DNA from: the human T2T-CHM13v2.0 reference genome, Homo sapiens
Direction: 5' to 3' (one strand)
DNA length: 64,000 bases
NCBI RefSeq assembly: GCF_009914755.1
Contig: NC_060931.1
Shown in pieces: positions 1 to 13,035 of this stretch. The translations under genes and the position numbers were made by a program. How positions within the stretch are numbered: position 1 is the stretch's first letter; every line of letters starts with the position of its first letter. Below the pieces are notes generated by a model, which was not told the DNA's origin, ran no database searches, and saw only the letters and a program-made list of their open reading frames with translations.

Positions 1-60
1 GCTCCCCACTTCAGGAAGGATATTTGGACAGGAGGAGAGAAGGGAGATATAAAAGCAGGG

Positions 61-397
61 TTTTTTTGTTTTCGTTTTGTTTTTGTTTTTGTTTTTTTTT
101 AAACAGGGTCTCACTCTGTTGTCCGGGCTGGAGTATAGTGGTGCAATCTTGGCTCACTGCAACCTCTGCCCCCAGGGCTCAAGCAAACCTCCCACCTCAG
201 CCTCCCAAGTAAGGGCTGGGACCATAGGCACCCACTGCCATGCCCAGCTATTTTTTTTTTTTTTTTTTGTATTTTTAGTAGAGATGGGAGTCTCACCATG
301 TCGCCCAGGCTGGTCTCTAACTTCTGAGCTCAAGCAATCCACCAATCTGGGCCTCCCAAAATTCTGGGATTATAGGCGTGAGCAACTGTGCCTGGCT
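61..397 (-). mobile_element. Alu SINE (AluJ-like), full length
   Basis: T-rich tail at 61-100, then acagggtctcactctg…gggattataggcgtgagc…cctggc, with J-type features (gggctcaagc). Confidence 0.9.
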
Positions 398-1092
398 AAA
401 AGCTGTATTTTTAGATTGAAAAGTTCATATAGGATGTACAGACAGTGTGGAGGTAGAAGCCATATGACTTAGCAATTATCTGAATTTTGGAAGTGGTAGG
501 AGGACCAGATGAGGTTGCAGTTAAGGAGAACAATATGTTAGATGACCTCAACACTCCTAGCCTCACTGAGTGGCTAATAAACCCCTCAGGTGATATTAGA
601 TAGCATCATTAACAGAAACAGAGAAAGTGGGAGAAGCTATTTTGGAGGAAATTGAACTTCCTATTTTAATATACCTCAGATTTCCTTGCCTCTTCCAAAT
701 TAACTACTGTGAACCCAGAAGGTTTTATGTCAACCCATAAGAAGTCAGAAATTAAAGTCCCACTGGTATTTTATTCCAGAATTACCAATTGGTGGCAAGG
801 TACAAGTCACAGATGCTATCAGTATTTTCCTATCTACAAAATATGAGTGTCACAACTAGTTCATTTGAAAGGATGCTTTGACAAGTGGTAATTGGGGACC
901 TTGAGTTTTGCTGTGTATGACTCAAGAAAGCAAGCCACTTGTTCCCGCATATAGGGGCAGATGAGGAGACATGGGGTACAACAGAGCAGAGGAAACCTGA
1001 AGGGAAAGGACATGGCCAATTTCTCATTGTTAGAGGAGATACTACAAGCAAGTTGTGACTTTTCTATGTGAATGATAGAGTTTCTTTAGTAA

Positions 1093-1926
<834 letters not shown>

Positions 1927-2057
1927 ACCCCAATAAAATTATTTGGCACTCTTCAAACAAAATGTAATTTTGATATCCTTAGTCTTTCCTGTTAATACAT
2001 TGATATTATGTATTAATATGTTAATAATATGACATTATGGTAATGTCATAAACGACC

Positions 2058-2179
2058 AAAAAAATAAAAAATAAAATAAATAAAAAATAAAAATAAAAAA
2101 ATAAAAAATAAATAATAAATAAAAAATAAATAAAAATAAGATATGCAGCTTCTCCTTTCTGGAAAAAAAAAAAAAAAAA
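2058..2179 (+). repeat. A-rich (AAAAT/AAAT)n tract, then 23 unique bp, then A17
   Basis: Read directly from the sequence. Confidence 0.9.
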
Positions 2180-3154
2180 GACAAAGGGAAAATTACTGGC
2201 ACCTTGCTTGACAAAAGCAAGGAAAATGGCCAAGGGATAGCTTTGGAGTTTGAAATCTTTTCACCTAAATCAAAAGTACACTAGAGCTTAGAATCTAATG
2301 AACATCTATTCAATCAATAGATAGCTCTTCAATTTATTTCTGTCTAAGGATTTTCTCTTGGAAATGAGCAAAATAATTCTGAAAGGATCCAAGTATCTTC
2401 TAGGCACTTAAGTTAAACAATAATGAGTAATACAAACAGATTACAATGTTTTACATTTACAAAGTATCACTGTTGATGTTGAAGCCCAGACACCACTTTA
2501 TCAATGGGTTGTTTTGATTCTCTACGTGTCTTACAATTTATAACACTGAAATGATTTAAAGCGTTTTCTCCCTCTTGGTTTGTAATGAAAGGTTAGAGTA
2601 ACAGTATGTTCTCCATTCATCAGAATGCTCCCCACTGTTTTTGTAAGCTCACAATGAAAGAAGTTTGTTTTGAGCTGCATTTCAAAGAGAGAGTAGGTAG
2701 GAAATAGTTTCTATATTTAAGAATCATTCTAAATATGGTCTGAATCGATCACGGAAATTCAACGGCAAATGAGAAATGAGCTCATTTAAGAAAGCATGCA
2801 GTAAATCATGATCACTGCTATGATACAACATTTATGTTAATGATAACTTGTATTGGCATAAATGCTGGGTGTTTTTGGTGAGAGTTGAAGAAGCTGTGCA
2901 TGATTCACTTTTATGTCCCCAGAGTACACTCTGCACAATAGGTGTGTTGAATAGATGAGTTCAAAGTGCATTTTTGCATCCATTTTCATCCTCATCACAA
3001 TACGTGGAAGTAAGTGCACATGAGGATACTGAGGTGTAAGAATATAAGAGGCTTTTTTTTTTTTTTTTGCCAAAGGCATATTGTAGAAGCATGCCTAATA
3101 TTTAAATGCATGGCCTCTGAAGTCAGAGCTGGGACCGAATTCTGGCTCCCGTAC

Positions 3155-3549
3155 TGTACTCAGTTGCTCGGGCTGCCATAACAAAATAACACGGGCTGCG
3201 TGGCTTAAACAACGGAAATTTATTTTCTCACGTTTCTGGAGGAGAAAAGTCCAAAATCAAGGTGTCAGCAGGACTGTTTTCTCCTGAGACCTCTCTCCTT
3301 GCCTTGCAGACAGCTATATTCTCTCTGTATCCTCACAATGGACCCTTCTACCTGCAAGTGCATGTCTGTGTTCTAATCTCCTCTTTCTCTAAGAACACCA
3401 GTCATAATGGATTACAGCCCATCCATACAACTTTATTTTACCTTAATACCTCTTCAAAGGCCATCTCTCCAAATACAGTCCCATTCTGAGGTCCTGGGGA
3501 CTAGGATGTCAATATATGAATCAATGAGAAATACAATTTAGCCCATATA
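3155..3549 (-). mobile_element. MaLR solo LTR (MLT1A/B-like) inserted into a MIR
   Basis: gctcgggctgccataacaaaata…ggcttaaacaacggaaatttattttctcac…tctccaaatacagtcccattctgagg…tttagcccata. MIR-like sequence on both flanks (3090-3154, 3550-3625). Confidence 0.8.
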
Positions 3550-3625
3550 GCTACTTTGTAATAGAATAATTTTAATTTCTATGAATTAGAGATTTATCTT
3601 CCTTAAAATAAGAATAATATTACTT

Positions 3626-3990
3626 GTAATGGGAATCACTTTTGATTGCCCAACTGCCCTTTTTTTCCTTACTAACAATGTCTCTGATTTTGTTTGAGAT
3701 GGCAGTGTGTCAGACTTCCCTATATATCGCAGTGGCCATGAGACACAGTTCTGGCCAATAAAACAGAAGTGAAAGTTGCTGGTTCGGATTTCTGGATAGC
3801 TCTTTAAAAGTGGGCAGATTTATTTGGTTTCCAACTTTTGTGCTTTGTATTCTGCCTTATCTTCTTACCTGGATTTGCAAAGGTACATCAGCCATTTTAC
3901 AAGCATAAGGACAAGAGCTACAGTCAAAGAGGTGGGAAGGACACTGAGAAGACTGTTGCTGATGAAGAGCTGCCATGCCCTCCCTAGAAG
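3626..3990. mobile_element. Ancient ERVL/MaLR LTR fragment (LTR16/MLT1-like)
   Basis: gtggccatgagacacagttctggccaataaaacagaagtgaaagttgctgg motif. Confidence 0.5.
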
Positions 3991-4569
3991 TCTCTTTGGA
4001 CAGACCACACAAACACAGAGGACACCCACACCCCTGACCCATCTAACCCACCTGGACATTCACTTACAAATATGTTCCAACAACCAAACTTCACTAGACA
4101 TTTTGAGGGAAAAAAGCCAATAGTGTAAGAAGATTCTCATAAACAAATAGCATATTCCCCATCAGTTAAAAGAGATAATTCTGTTTTTAAAAAGACTTTT
4201 AAAGGAAGTTTTCAAAACGTGTAGGTACATTCATAAATATGTAAGTTTGCTAAGACAATAGCACATTCAAAGGGCAAAAAAAGAGGAGTTCCTGAAATTA
4301 AAAATATTGCTAACTAAAAATGTTAAATAAACAGGTTGAATAACTAGAAGGACATATCGGAAGGCCAAACTGATAATGTGGAAGAAAGAGTTGAGGACAT
4401 CTCTCAGGAGGTATCATTAAAATACCGAAAGACTGGAAAACATGGGAGAAGCTAAGAGGTATGAAGATGCATTCAGAAGGTCTAAGAGAAGTGCCAGAAG
4501 CAGACAGAAGAGAAAACAGACAGGGAGAAATAAATAAATAACAGAGAGTGTTTGGCTTTCTTCTTTCCA

Positions 4570-4910
4570 AGCATATAGTAGGATTAGACTTTCTGGCCCC
4601 TTTATGGTTGGGAGGGACTGTGTGAGTCATTTTGGCCAGTGAGTTGTGAGCAGAAGTGATGAGCAGAGTTTCTGAGCCATAGAATTTAAATACAGATATA
4701 GGAAAACCAGAGCCCCTTTCTCTCTACCATAATGCCTGACAACACTCAGGAGGGTGGCTGTTTAGAAAACCTAGGCCCTTGGAGTGAGAATGACACAGGC
4801 AGATTCTTTAACTTACTGTTACGGGAAGTGAAAAAAAGCAGATATTATTTCTAAACCATTGAGATTTGGGGATTGTTTGATCCTGTAGCAAAATACAGCC
4901 TACCCTAAGG
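4570..4910. mobile_element. LTR16-like ERVL LTR fragment
   Basis: gactgtgtgagtcattttggccagtgagttgtgagcagaagtgatg…aaaccattgagatttggggattgtttg. Confidence 0.5.
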
Positions 4911-5630
4911 AAAACACTCCAAATGAATGAAACCCTTAGGAGTGAAGAAGATGCATTCTCCCACTAATATGTTACCTTATGTTATTTTTAAGAAAGTCTA
5001 TATATAAGGTCATACAATTAAAAGGCAATCACAAGTTTTGAAATATTTCACATATATGACAAGTGTTGCTAGTCATGATTACTTATGTTTAGTAATAATA
5101 ATAACTATCATTTACTAATATTCTACTGTATGCTAGGCATTAGGTAATCATTTTTATTAAGAATACTGAGAAATTCAAACATTTTCTCAGCAAAATATTA
5201 AGTTCTCAGGAATGGAGATGTTATAACCAAAGAAAATAAAAGTGGTTAATACATAAGGAAAATGTTTAATTTACTAGTATTAACAATAAAAAGTAAAAAC
5301 ACACACATATGAAACTTTAGTGGGAAAATATTGCTATGCAAGGAGGCTAACCAGAATATCATTTACAGTAGTGAAAAAAAATTTTAACTGTTTAAGTGAT
5401 AGAATAACCCAATAATGAACTATTAAGATTTTCTTATAATAAATATATAATGACATAGGGAAACTATCATAATATATGATGTATTGACTATATATATATA
5501 CTATATATATAGACTATATGTATATTGACTATTGACTATGTACATTTATGATTTATTGACTATATATAGACTATATATATATGTAAACAGCCTATATACA
5601 TATAGAGAGAGTGAGAGAGAGTCAGGATCA

Positions 5631-5712
5631 CAGTATTAGAGACTTATTTATCCTGTTTGTTTCAATAAATCCCAGTATTATAGACTTATTTATCCTATTT
5701 GTTTCAATAAAT
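5631..5712. repeat. 42-bp tandem duplication within a TA-rich low-complexity block (5470-5900)
   Basis: cagtattaRagacttatttatcctRtttgtttcaataaat occurs twice. Confidence 0.85.
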
Positions 5713-6059
5713 AGGACATTGGCCATATATATAGCCAATGGTACAATAATGTACAATGTACAGTAATGGTACAATATCCTATATAATATAGAATATATTA
5801 TATATCCTATAACTTTAATAATATAAATAATATAAAGTTATATCATAGGATATATGATATAATATAATGTTACAATAGCCTGTAATGTTATATCCAATAT
5901 CCTAAAATGTTCACAGCTCACTTTACCTAAGTAATGGTCTCATAGAGAAGTAATTTTACAAATAACATTTAAACAATGTTTAACTGTTTAAGTGATAGGA
6001 TGACCCAATAAGGGTCCATAAGATGATCCCACTACTGGGATGACCCACTAGTGTTAACA

Positions 6060-7320
6060 AACAAAAACTTCAAACAATACAGATATAAAGTTCCCTTTGG
6101 CCATTACTTCAGGATGAGAATCTCCCCAGAGGTAACCACTATCTTCAATTTACTGTTTATCTTTTTAGATGTTTTTCAATATACTTTCATATATATCTAT
6201 GTGTATATACATGTGCTATGTTTAATAATATACATCATGTAGAACATATTTTTCTACAACTTTTTAAACTGAATAATACATCTTGAATTTTAGTCATAGA
6301 AATCTATGGTATTCCAGAGTTCTAACTCCCTATTGATAGGTATATACTCCGTAATTGTTCACTATGGCAAACATTGCTACAATGAACCTGATTGTATAGG
6401 CCTCCCTGGGTACACTTGGAAGTGCTGGAGGATTGGTATGTATATTTTTCCTTATAGTAATCACTGCAAAATTGTTTTCTTATATGACTATACCAATTTA
6501 CCCTCAGATGAGCAGTATATGAGAACATAATTTCTTCTCAATCAGTGGTTCTCAACCTGGGACAATTGCCCCTCCAACCAGTGGTTTATTTGGCAAGGTC
6601 TGGAGACATTATTGGTTGTCATAACTGGAGTGGGGAGTAGTGCTACTGGCATCTCGTGACTACAGGTCAGGCATACTGCTACACTACAATGCATAGAAAA
6701 GCAACAAAGAATTATCTGGCCCCAAACGTCAATAGTGCTGAGGTTGAGAAACCCTGCTCTACATCCTAACCAACAGTTAATATTATCACACTTTCAACAT
6801 TTTTACCCATATGTATATAATGGATTAAAACTGTATAAGTTTATATATCCTTAGATACTAATGAATGGTGCATCTTTTCATATTTCTTTTATTGATTAAA
6901 TGTATTACCTTTTCTGTTAATTGCCTGCTCATACTGTTTGACTGAATTTGTGTCATTTTCCTGATTCATTTATACAATCTGGATCTTAATCTATGTTCTC
7001 TATGTATTTTCTCCAAATGCTTACTTCATTAATTTGTTTATGATGCTTTTTATCCTACAAAAGCTTTTAACTTTAATGTATTCAAATTAATCAATATTTT
7101 GTTGTATAACTTTTGTGTTTAAAAGTTTAATTTTAAAAAGAATGTCTTTTTTCAAGGCCATAAACATATTCTCATTTTTTCTTCTAATATGATCAAATTT
7201 TTACTTTTGTACTTACATCTTTAATTCATTTGTCAGATTTTTTGGGGGTGAATGACTCGAAGTAGAGTGAAAGCATTCTCTTTTTTCTAAATAAATAACT
7301 GTAGCCAAAACATTTTTTAA
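6060..7320 (-). mobile_element. Old L1 (L1ME-like) 3' fragment, interrupted by MER20; probably continues at ~9260-10030
   Basis: tctccccagaggtaaccactat…accaatttaccctc…cagtatatgaga…taatgtattcaaattaatcaatatttt are antisense L1 hallmarks. Confidence 0.55.
6543..6756 (+). mobile_element. MER20 (hAT-Charlie DNA transposon), full length
   Basis: TIRs cagtggttctcaa…ttgagaaaccctg; internal tctggagacatt…tgctactggcatct…aagaattatctggcccaaacgtcaatagtgc. Confidence 0.88.
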
Positions 7321-8704
7321 ACTGGGTGATTTTCCCTATTAAGTTGTCTATAGTCATGTCTTCATGTTCTCACCTGCAATTTTTTTTCTTCATTATACTC
7401 TAGTCAGTGTTCCATTCTCACCAAACCACTGAGATGACTCATGTCAAGGTCAACAATGACTTCCATGTTGCCAGAGTGAATGGTCATTTCTCTGTCCTTA
7501 TCTTACTTGACCATCGGCATGTCCCATGCAATGCACCACTCTCTTCTTGAAGCATTCTCTTTCCATGGCTTCCATGGCCCCAAACTCCCTTGGTTTATAC
7601 CCCATGTCACTGGCCACTCTTTTTTAGTTTCTATTGTTGGCTCTAATTCTTTGCCTTCATTTTGATCTTTGGAGTGTTCCAGGACTCACTTCAGAGCCCC
7701 TTCTAACTATCTATTCACTCTGTCTTTAGATAATCTCATCTAGTTCCATGTCTTCTTATACTATTGATATGTCCAAGACTACCTAATCTACATGTTTATC
7801 CCTGATCTCCCCTGGAACTCTAGCACCCTTTTTCTTTCTGCTTGGCCTCTGTAAATGGATGTCTACTACGGATCTTAAACTCTACATGTCTAAATCAGAA
7901 TTCTTGATCCCCTTTCCTCCAAAACTTGGTTTGCCACCAGGCATTCTTGTCAACTGTTTATCAAACCAAGAATCTAAGATGTATTCTCGATTCCCCTCTT
8001 TAATGTTCCAAATCCTATTCACCACAGCAGTCCTTTGAACTCTGTCTCAGAAACAGCACTTTCTTCTCTCCATCCCAGCAGCATCCTTCCTAGTCCAAAC
8101 TATCAGCATCTCTTCACTAGACTTCTGCAGAATTTTCCTAGCAGGCTGCCTTAAAATCCATTCACCACAGTAATCCTTTTTGAATCTTTATCAGGTCACA
8201 TCACTTCCCTGTCTAAAACCCTGTAGTGGCTTCCTACTGACTGCACTTAGGATAAAATTGGAACTCATTAGCGTGGCCTGTAAAGCCAGACCTGATCTAG
8301 CTCCTGCTTCTTCCTCAGCCTCATAATGCACCACTGTCCCCATCATGTGCTGTTCCCACTAGGCTTGCCTTACTTCTGCTCCTTGAATGTAGCAAAGTTA
8401 TTCTCTTACAGGACTCTTGTACTAAAACCCTGCACTAACTCTGTGGTCACACTCTTCTTTCACTCTTAGCATGGCTGAAGCCAAAAAACACAATTATCTC
8501 AGCTTAAATACTATCTCCAGAGAGAGTCCTTTCCTGACTATGTAATAAAACACCCAGCTTTCCCTGGGTAGGTCCTCTATTTTAATTCTCTACAGAGTAT
8601 TAATAACATTTTCTTGATTGCTTCCCATTGGTCTCTTCTATCTGTAACTTCACACCAGAATGTTAAGTTCTACAAGAGTACTGATACCCTCTTAACTTGT
8701 CCAT

Positions 8705-9208
8705 TATCTTAGTCCATTTGGGTAGCTGTAACTGAATGCTATAGGCTGGGTGACTTATAAACAACAGAAATTTATTTCTCACAGTTCTGGAGGCTAGGAA
8801 GCTTAAGATACTGAATGCCATAGGCCGGGTGACTTATAAACAACAGAAATTTATTTCTCACAGTTCTGGAGGCTAGGAAGCTTAAGATACTGAATGCCAT
8901 AGGCCGGGTGACTTATAAACAACAGAAATTTATTTCTCACAGTTCTGGAGGCTAGGAAGCTTAAGATCAAGGCGCTGGTAGATTTGGCATCTGGTGAGGG
9001 CCTGCTTCTGGATTTATAGATGACTGTGTCCTCACATGGCAGAAGAGGGAAGGGAACTCATTTTTATAAAGGCACTAATCCCATTCACGACAGCTCCATG
9101 CTCATGACCTGGTCACCTCCCCTAGGCCCCACTACCTAATACCATCACATTGGAAGTTAGGATTTCAACAGAGGAATTTGGGAGAACACAAACATTCAGT
9201 CTATAGTA
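8705..9208 (-). mobile_element. MaLR solo LTR (MLT1A-like) with an internal triplication
   Basis: cttagtccatttgg…aacaacagaaatttatttctcacagttctggaggct…aaggcactaatcccatt…aacattcagtctatag. Confidence 0.85.
8731..8967. repeat. 79-bp tandem repeat, 3 copies
   Basis: Copies at 8731-8809, 8810-8888 and 8889-8967. Copies 2 and 3 are identical; copy 1 differs at 2 positions. Confidence 0.95.
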
Positions 9209-10159
9209 TCCCATAATAAAGGACCCAGCATATAAGTTCTCAATACACATTTGGGTTTATTTTTTGAAACTCTAATCAATTCTATTGATATATTTGCCTA
9301 TTTTTTCACAAGCAGCACATGCTCAGCTTCAGTATGTATTGTAATATCTAAGAGAGTAAGAACTATTCCCTATTAGATTGTTCTTTTACAAAATTGTCTT
9401 TTCTAAGGTTGTGAAATACCTATTTTACATGAATTTCAGATTCAGATTATCATGTTTCATATTAAAATCCTTGAAACTTTGAATAGTATTGCTTTGAATT
9501 TATAGATTACTTTGAGGGAAACTGACATCTATATAGTACTGAGGTTTCACTCACATTAAAAACATGATGCCTTTTCCATTTATTTAAAGATCATTTTTGT
9601 GCCCTTTGATTTAATTTTAGTTTCCTTTTTATTGTTTTTGAGGCTCTTTATAGGTGATTTATATACTTTTTAAAAACTGCTGGGAATGTACATTTTTCTA
9701 TTACACTCGTTAATTTCCAGTGCATAGGAGAGCTCTTTTGTCTAGACCTATCGAGGTATTTTATTTGATCTAAAAGGGCTTTATTTTCTAAAGGAGATGA
9801 TCACATTATTTCACAGAATATATCTTCAACTTTTGAAGATATCATATTGCATACTGCATTCTTGAGGCTGAGACTTCCAGAAAAATGCCAAGTAGGAGTA
9901 TTAATGTGGGTATCCCTGTCTTGCTCCATGTATTCACGGAACCATCATTCAATATGATGCTTGCTCTAAATGTTTGGTAAAAATCTTTTATTGAGTTAAA
10001 AATGTTCCCTTTATAATCTTGTTATAACTTTAAAGATAGTGTTTTAAATACTATTTTTAAGAAATCAGCTTTATAATAAGGAAGAACTGAAAAAATGATC
10101 ATAGGTTTTACAAAAATTCTGCAACGTTTTAACAATAATGCCTAATTGTTGAGCTTCCT

Positions 10160-10370
10160 TTATGAGGCAGAGTACTTAAGATTTTTGATACTTTATTCTA
10201 ACCATCAGAGCACTTCTACAAAGTGGAATATTTTTCACCATTTTAAAAAAATGAGGAAGTTTTCGCTCAGAGACTCAAGTAATTTATCATAGGTCACAAT
10301 ATCTAGTAAGCAATTAGGCAGGGATTTATAGCCACTGTATCTAGCTCCAAAGCCCACAATCCTCCCACAT
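10160..10370 (-). mobile_element. MIR SINE
   Basis: ccatttt…atgaggaag…ggtcacaatatctagtaag…ggcagggattta…ctccaaagccca. Confidence 0.6.
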
Positions 10371-10660
10371 ATTCCATTTTTAATTCAGTGAGATATTAGG
10401 CCAAGTCTTTCAACAGTCACTGGAGGAAAAGATAACAAATGTGCCCTGGATTTATGGGATAATTGATAACTATACCCAAAGTATGTCTATCTTAATGCCA
10501 ATTCTAAAGGAGATTTCGAAGTAAAAATTCATACAGACCTGTTTTTGCCTTTAATGGCTATATCTTTTTAAATGAATGGCTTACATCAAGGAAAAAAAGA
10601 AAAAAGCAAAGACAACCAAGTTGAGCAGGTCAGTAAACACAGAACACAGATTCAAAAACA

Positions 10661-10814
10661 ACTGAAGATGGTGCACGCCCATAGTCCCAGCTACTCAGCA
10701 GCCTGTGATAGCAGGACCACTTGAGCCCAGGAGTTCGAGGCTGCAGTGAGCTATGATCTCACCATTGCACTCCAGCCTGGGTGATAGACTGAGATTTCCA
10801 TGTCTTAAAAAAAA
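10661..10814 (+). mobile_element. Alu monomer (FRAM or AluJ right arm)
   Basis: atagtcccagctactc…ttgagcccaggagttcgaggctgcagtgagctatgat…cactccagcctgggtga…A8. Confidence 0.85.
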
Positions 10815-11389
10815 TTTTTTAAAGCAAAACCAAAAACATCTAAAGCGCTAAAATGTTGGGCCAAAAGAAGCAAGGAACATTTCAAATGGTTAGAAGTAAA
10901 GATTTACCATTAGGTTAAAATAATGAAAGGCATACAAATAGGATGTGAATAACTATAGTCCCTGTGAAAAAGACTTAGTGGCTTAAACCAAAAGCTAACT
11001 TTGCGTAACATGGTTGCCAAGTACATTGAATACAATTTCAGTATACATGAATATCATTGTTATTGACCATAGCAAAAGGTTAACAGTACCACTCTCCATA
11101 TCTAGAAATACATATTTAGTTGTAGTCTTTATATTTAAATTGGTTATAACCCAGTGAAGACGCAAATCACTACTAGGTATTTATCTCATCAGGCTCAGGA
11201 TGGAGAAAATTTCAGAGGCAACGGAGAACTCCAAGACTTTCCATATTGGTTAGATTACTCCTGGGAAACAGGAAGTCCATAAAACAATGCATGACTCGTG
11301 GCCTCCACCTCATCAGAATTGGAACAGTCACCATTAAAAACTCATCCTTACATCTTTTGGGGAACCTAAGAGTTCCTATCCCTACTTAC

Positions 11390-11530
11390 CGCCACTCCTG
11401 TCTTATAGAGGAGGTAATGCACTGTCTGTGTAACATCGGCAGCGTGCATTAAGTTATGGTAAGGATTTTTGTGCTTGCTGTATCCCACTTCCAGGGCCTC
11501 CACAAATGAGACAAGTGCAGAAATGGGGAT
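11390..11530 (-). CDS. PDE1C: PDE1C coding exon, 141 bp, phase 0/0: IPISALVSFVEALEVGYSKHKNPYHNLMHAADVTQTVHYLLYKTGVA (YHNxxH metal-binding motif)
   Basis: Hand translation. Acceptor tctctttcag|ATCCCC and donor GTGGCG|gtaagt. Class I PDE motif NPYHN..HAADV. Confidence 0.96.
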
Positions 11531-13035
11531 CTGAAAGAGAGCAGTAAGGTTAATTAACTAGTGACTTCACTGCTTTCAATGGAGACACAGAAGTCTAAGG
11601 CACCAGGACTGCTTTTTCTCTGAAGGCATAACACATGAGGAAATTGGAACTTACACAGTTAATAAAAATTACTGACAAAATTATCAGATAATTTGAAAAT
11701 CTAACAGGAAGTCCTTGGTTGAGAAATAGCCTGCCTTGTAAATTTTTCTTTGTTGCTCATTTTAGAATCCCTGAGAAATGACATCTGATCATTTTAAGAT
11801 ACTTAGTTTTAGTAACATGTAAAGCAGTAATTTTTAATACACACATAGAAAACTGAGTTGTTGGTGACTATGTTAATTTTCTGTATTTCCTTGTCCTCCT
11901 CTACTCTTAAATACCCTTCCCCTCTAACCCTAAGGGAAAAAAAGATGCTACATAGGACACCAAACAATGTTGTAAATAACACTGAGGAATTCAAAAATAA
12001 TACTAATAATTAGTAACCATTTGTGGAATCATTCACTATTTGTAATGTAGTATCAGTAGAATGAAATCTTCCAAATTCCAAGTCACTAACAATAAATTGC
12101 CAAGTAACAAACATAAGAACATAGCCTGTTTCTGTTCCCATATATAACAGACTATCGCATTTTGGTTTTGAGTTTTGTTTTTGCTTGGTTTTGGGTTTTG
12201 ATTTTGTTTTGTTTTTCTTATGTGTCCAATGTATATAACCACTCCTTTCAAAGGGCATTGTTTTCAGGCAGTTTATATTTGTTTTGCAATAATTTTATAA
12301 CTTAAGATTTTTGTGCACTTTGTTTTCCTACAAATGAGATATGCTGCATAGTATGTATTCATTTATTTCTCAACGAATAAAATACTTCAGTCTTTATTTG
12401 CAACTACCAGTCACTCAGAATATTTCCAATTAGATTAATTGTTTTGTCGTCTGAAATATGTATAATATACATGCCTTCCTTTTCTATGTAACAGCGAAGA
12501 ACATTGCAAAATGCATATACAAAATAAGGGCATCCAGAAAACTTTCATTGTATTAGTTTTCTGGATCCATTCCATGGTTCAGGGTAAATTATACAATATA
12601 AGGCTAGGGGAAAAGGAGAGGATATGTCTTCCTGAGGATTAACAATTACATTTGTGAAAAAAAAATAAGGAAAATGCTAAGTTAATACTCCTGAGATTCC
12701 ATAATCTGTTCTCCCTTGGTCATATTCTTCCATTTTACCATTTGCAGAATTTTAAAAATTAAAATACAACCTTTAAGAGGTCAGAGATGAATTCATTACC
12801 ATTTTTAAAAATAAAGATCCAATGAACCTGGGCTCCTTGGGTTGTTTCACAGAGATCTAAGAGTCGCTGAAAGGGCTGTGTGTGTGCACAGGAACTTTGT
12901 TCCAAGGAAAGTCTCCAGCATCCTCTCCAGCATCCACAAGATTTTCATACAGATTTCCGATGCAAAGAAAAATTAAGGACCTAAGGACCATGGCCATGAA
13001 GTATTTGTGGTCATGTAAAGACATATTTCCTCAGT

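Larger units (their letters stand above)
7400..9256 (+). mobile_element. L2 LINE 3' part, interrupted by an MLT1 LTR
   Basis: ccactgagatgactcatgtcaaggtcaacaatgacttccatgttgcc…cttacttgacc…gtggcttcctactg…agaatgttaagttc, with a 3' remnant ctcaatacacatttg after the LTR. Confidence 0.75.

Noticed and set aside
24-472. ORFs at 24-472, 1355-1546, 34941-35382, 46074-46265 and 59192-59660
   Set aside because: They are translations of Alu sequence.
10840-11200. Possible CR1/L3 relic; also MER5-like (21860-21970, 43580-43745) and Tigger-like (56480-56650) fragments
   Set aside because: The resemblance is too weak to support without a profile search.
12160-12216. TTTTGG-like run as an interstitial telomeric repeat
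   Set aside because: No TTAGGG units. It is ordinary T-rich low-complexity sequence.
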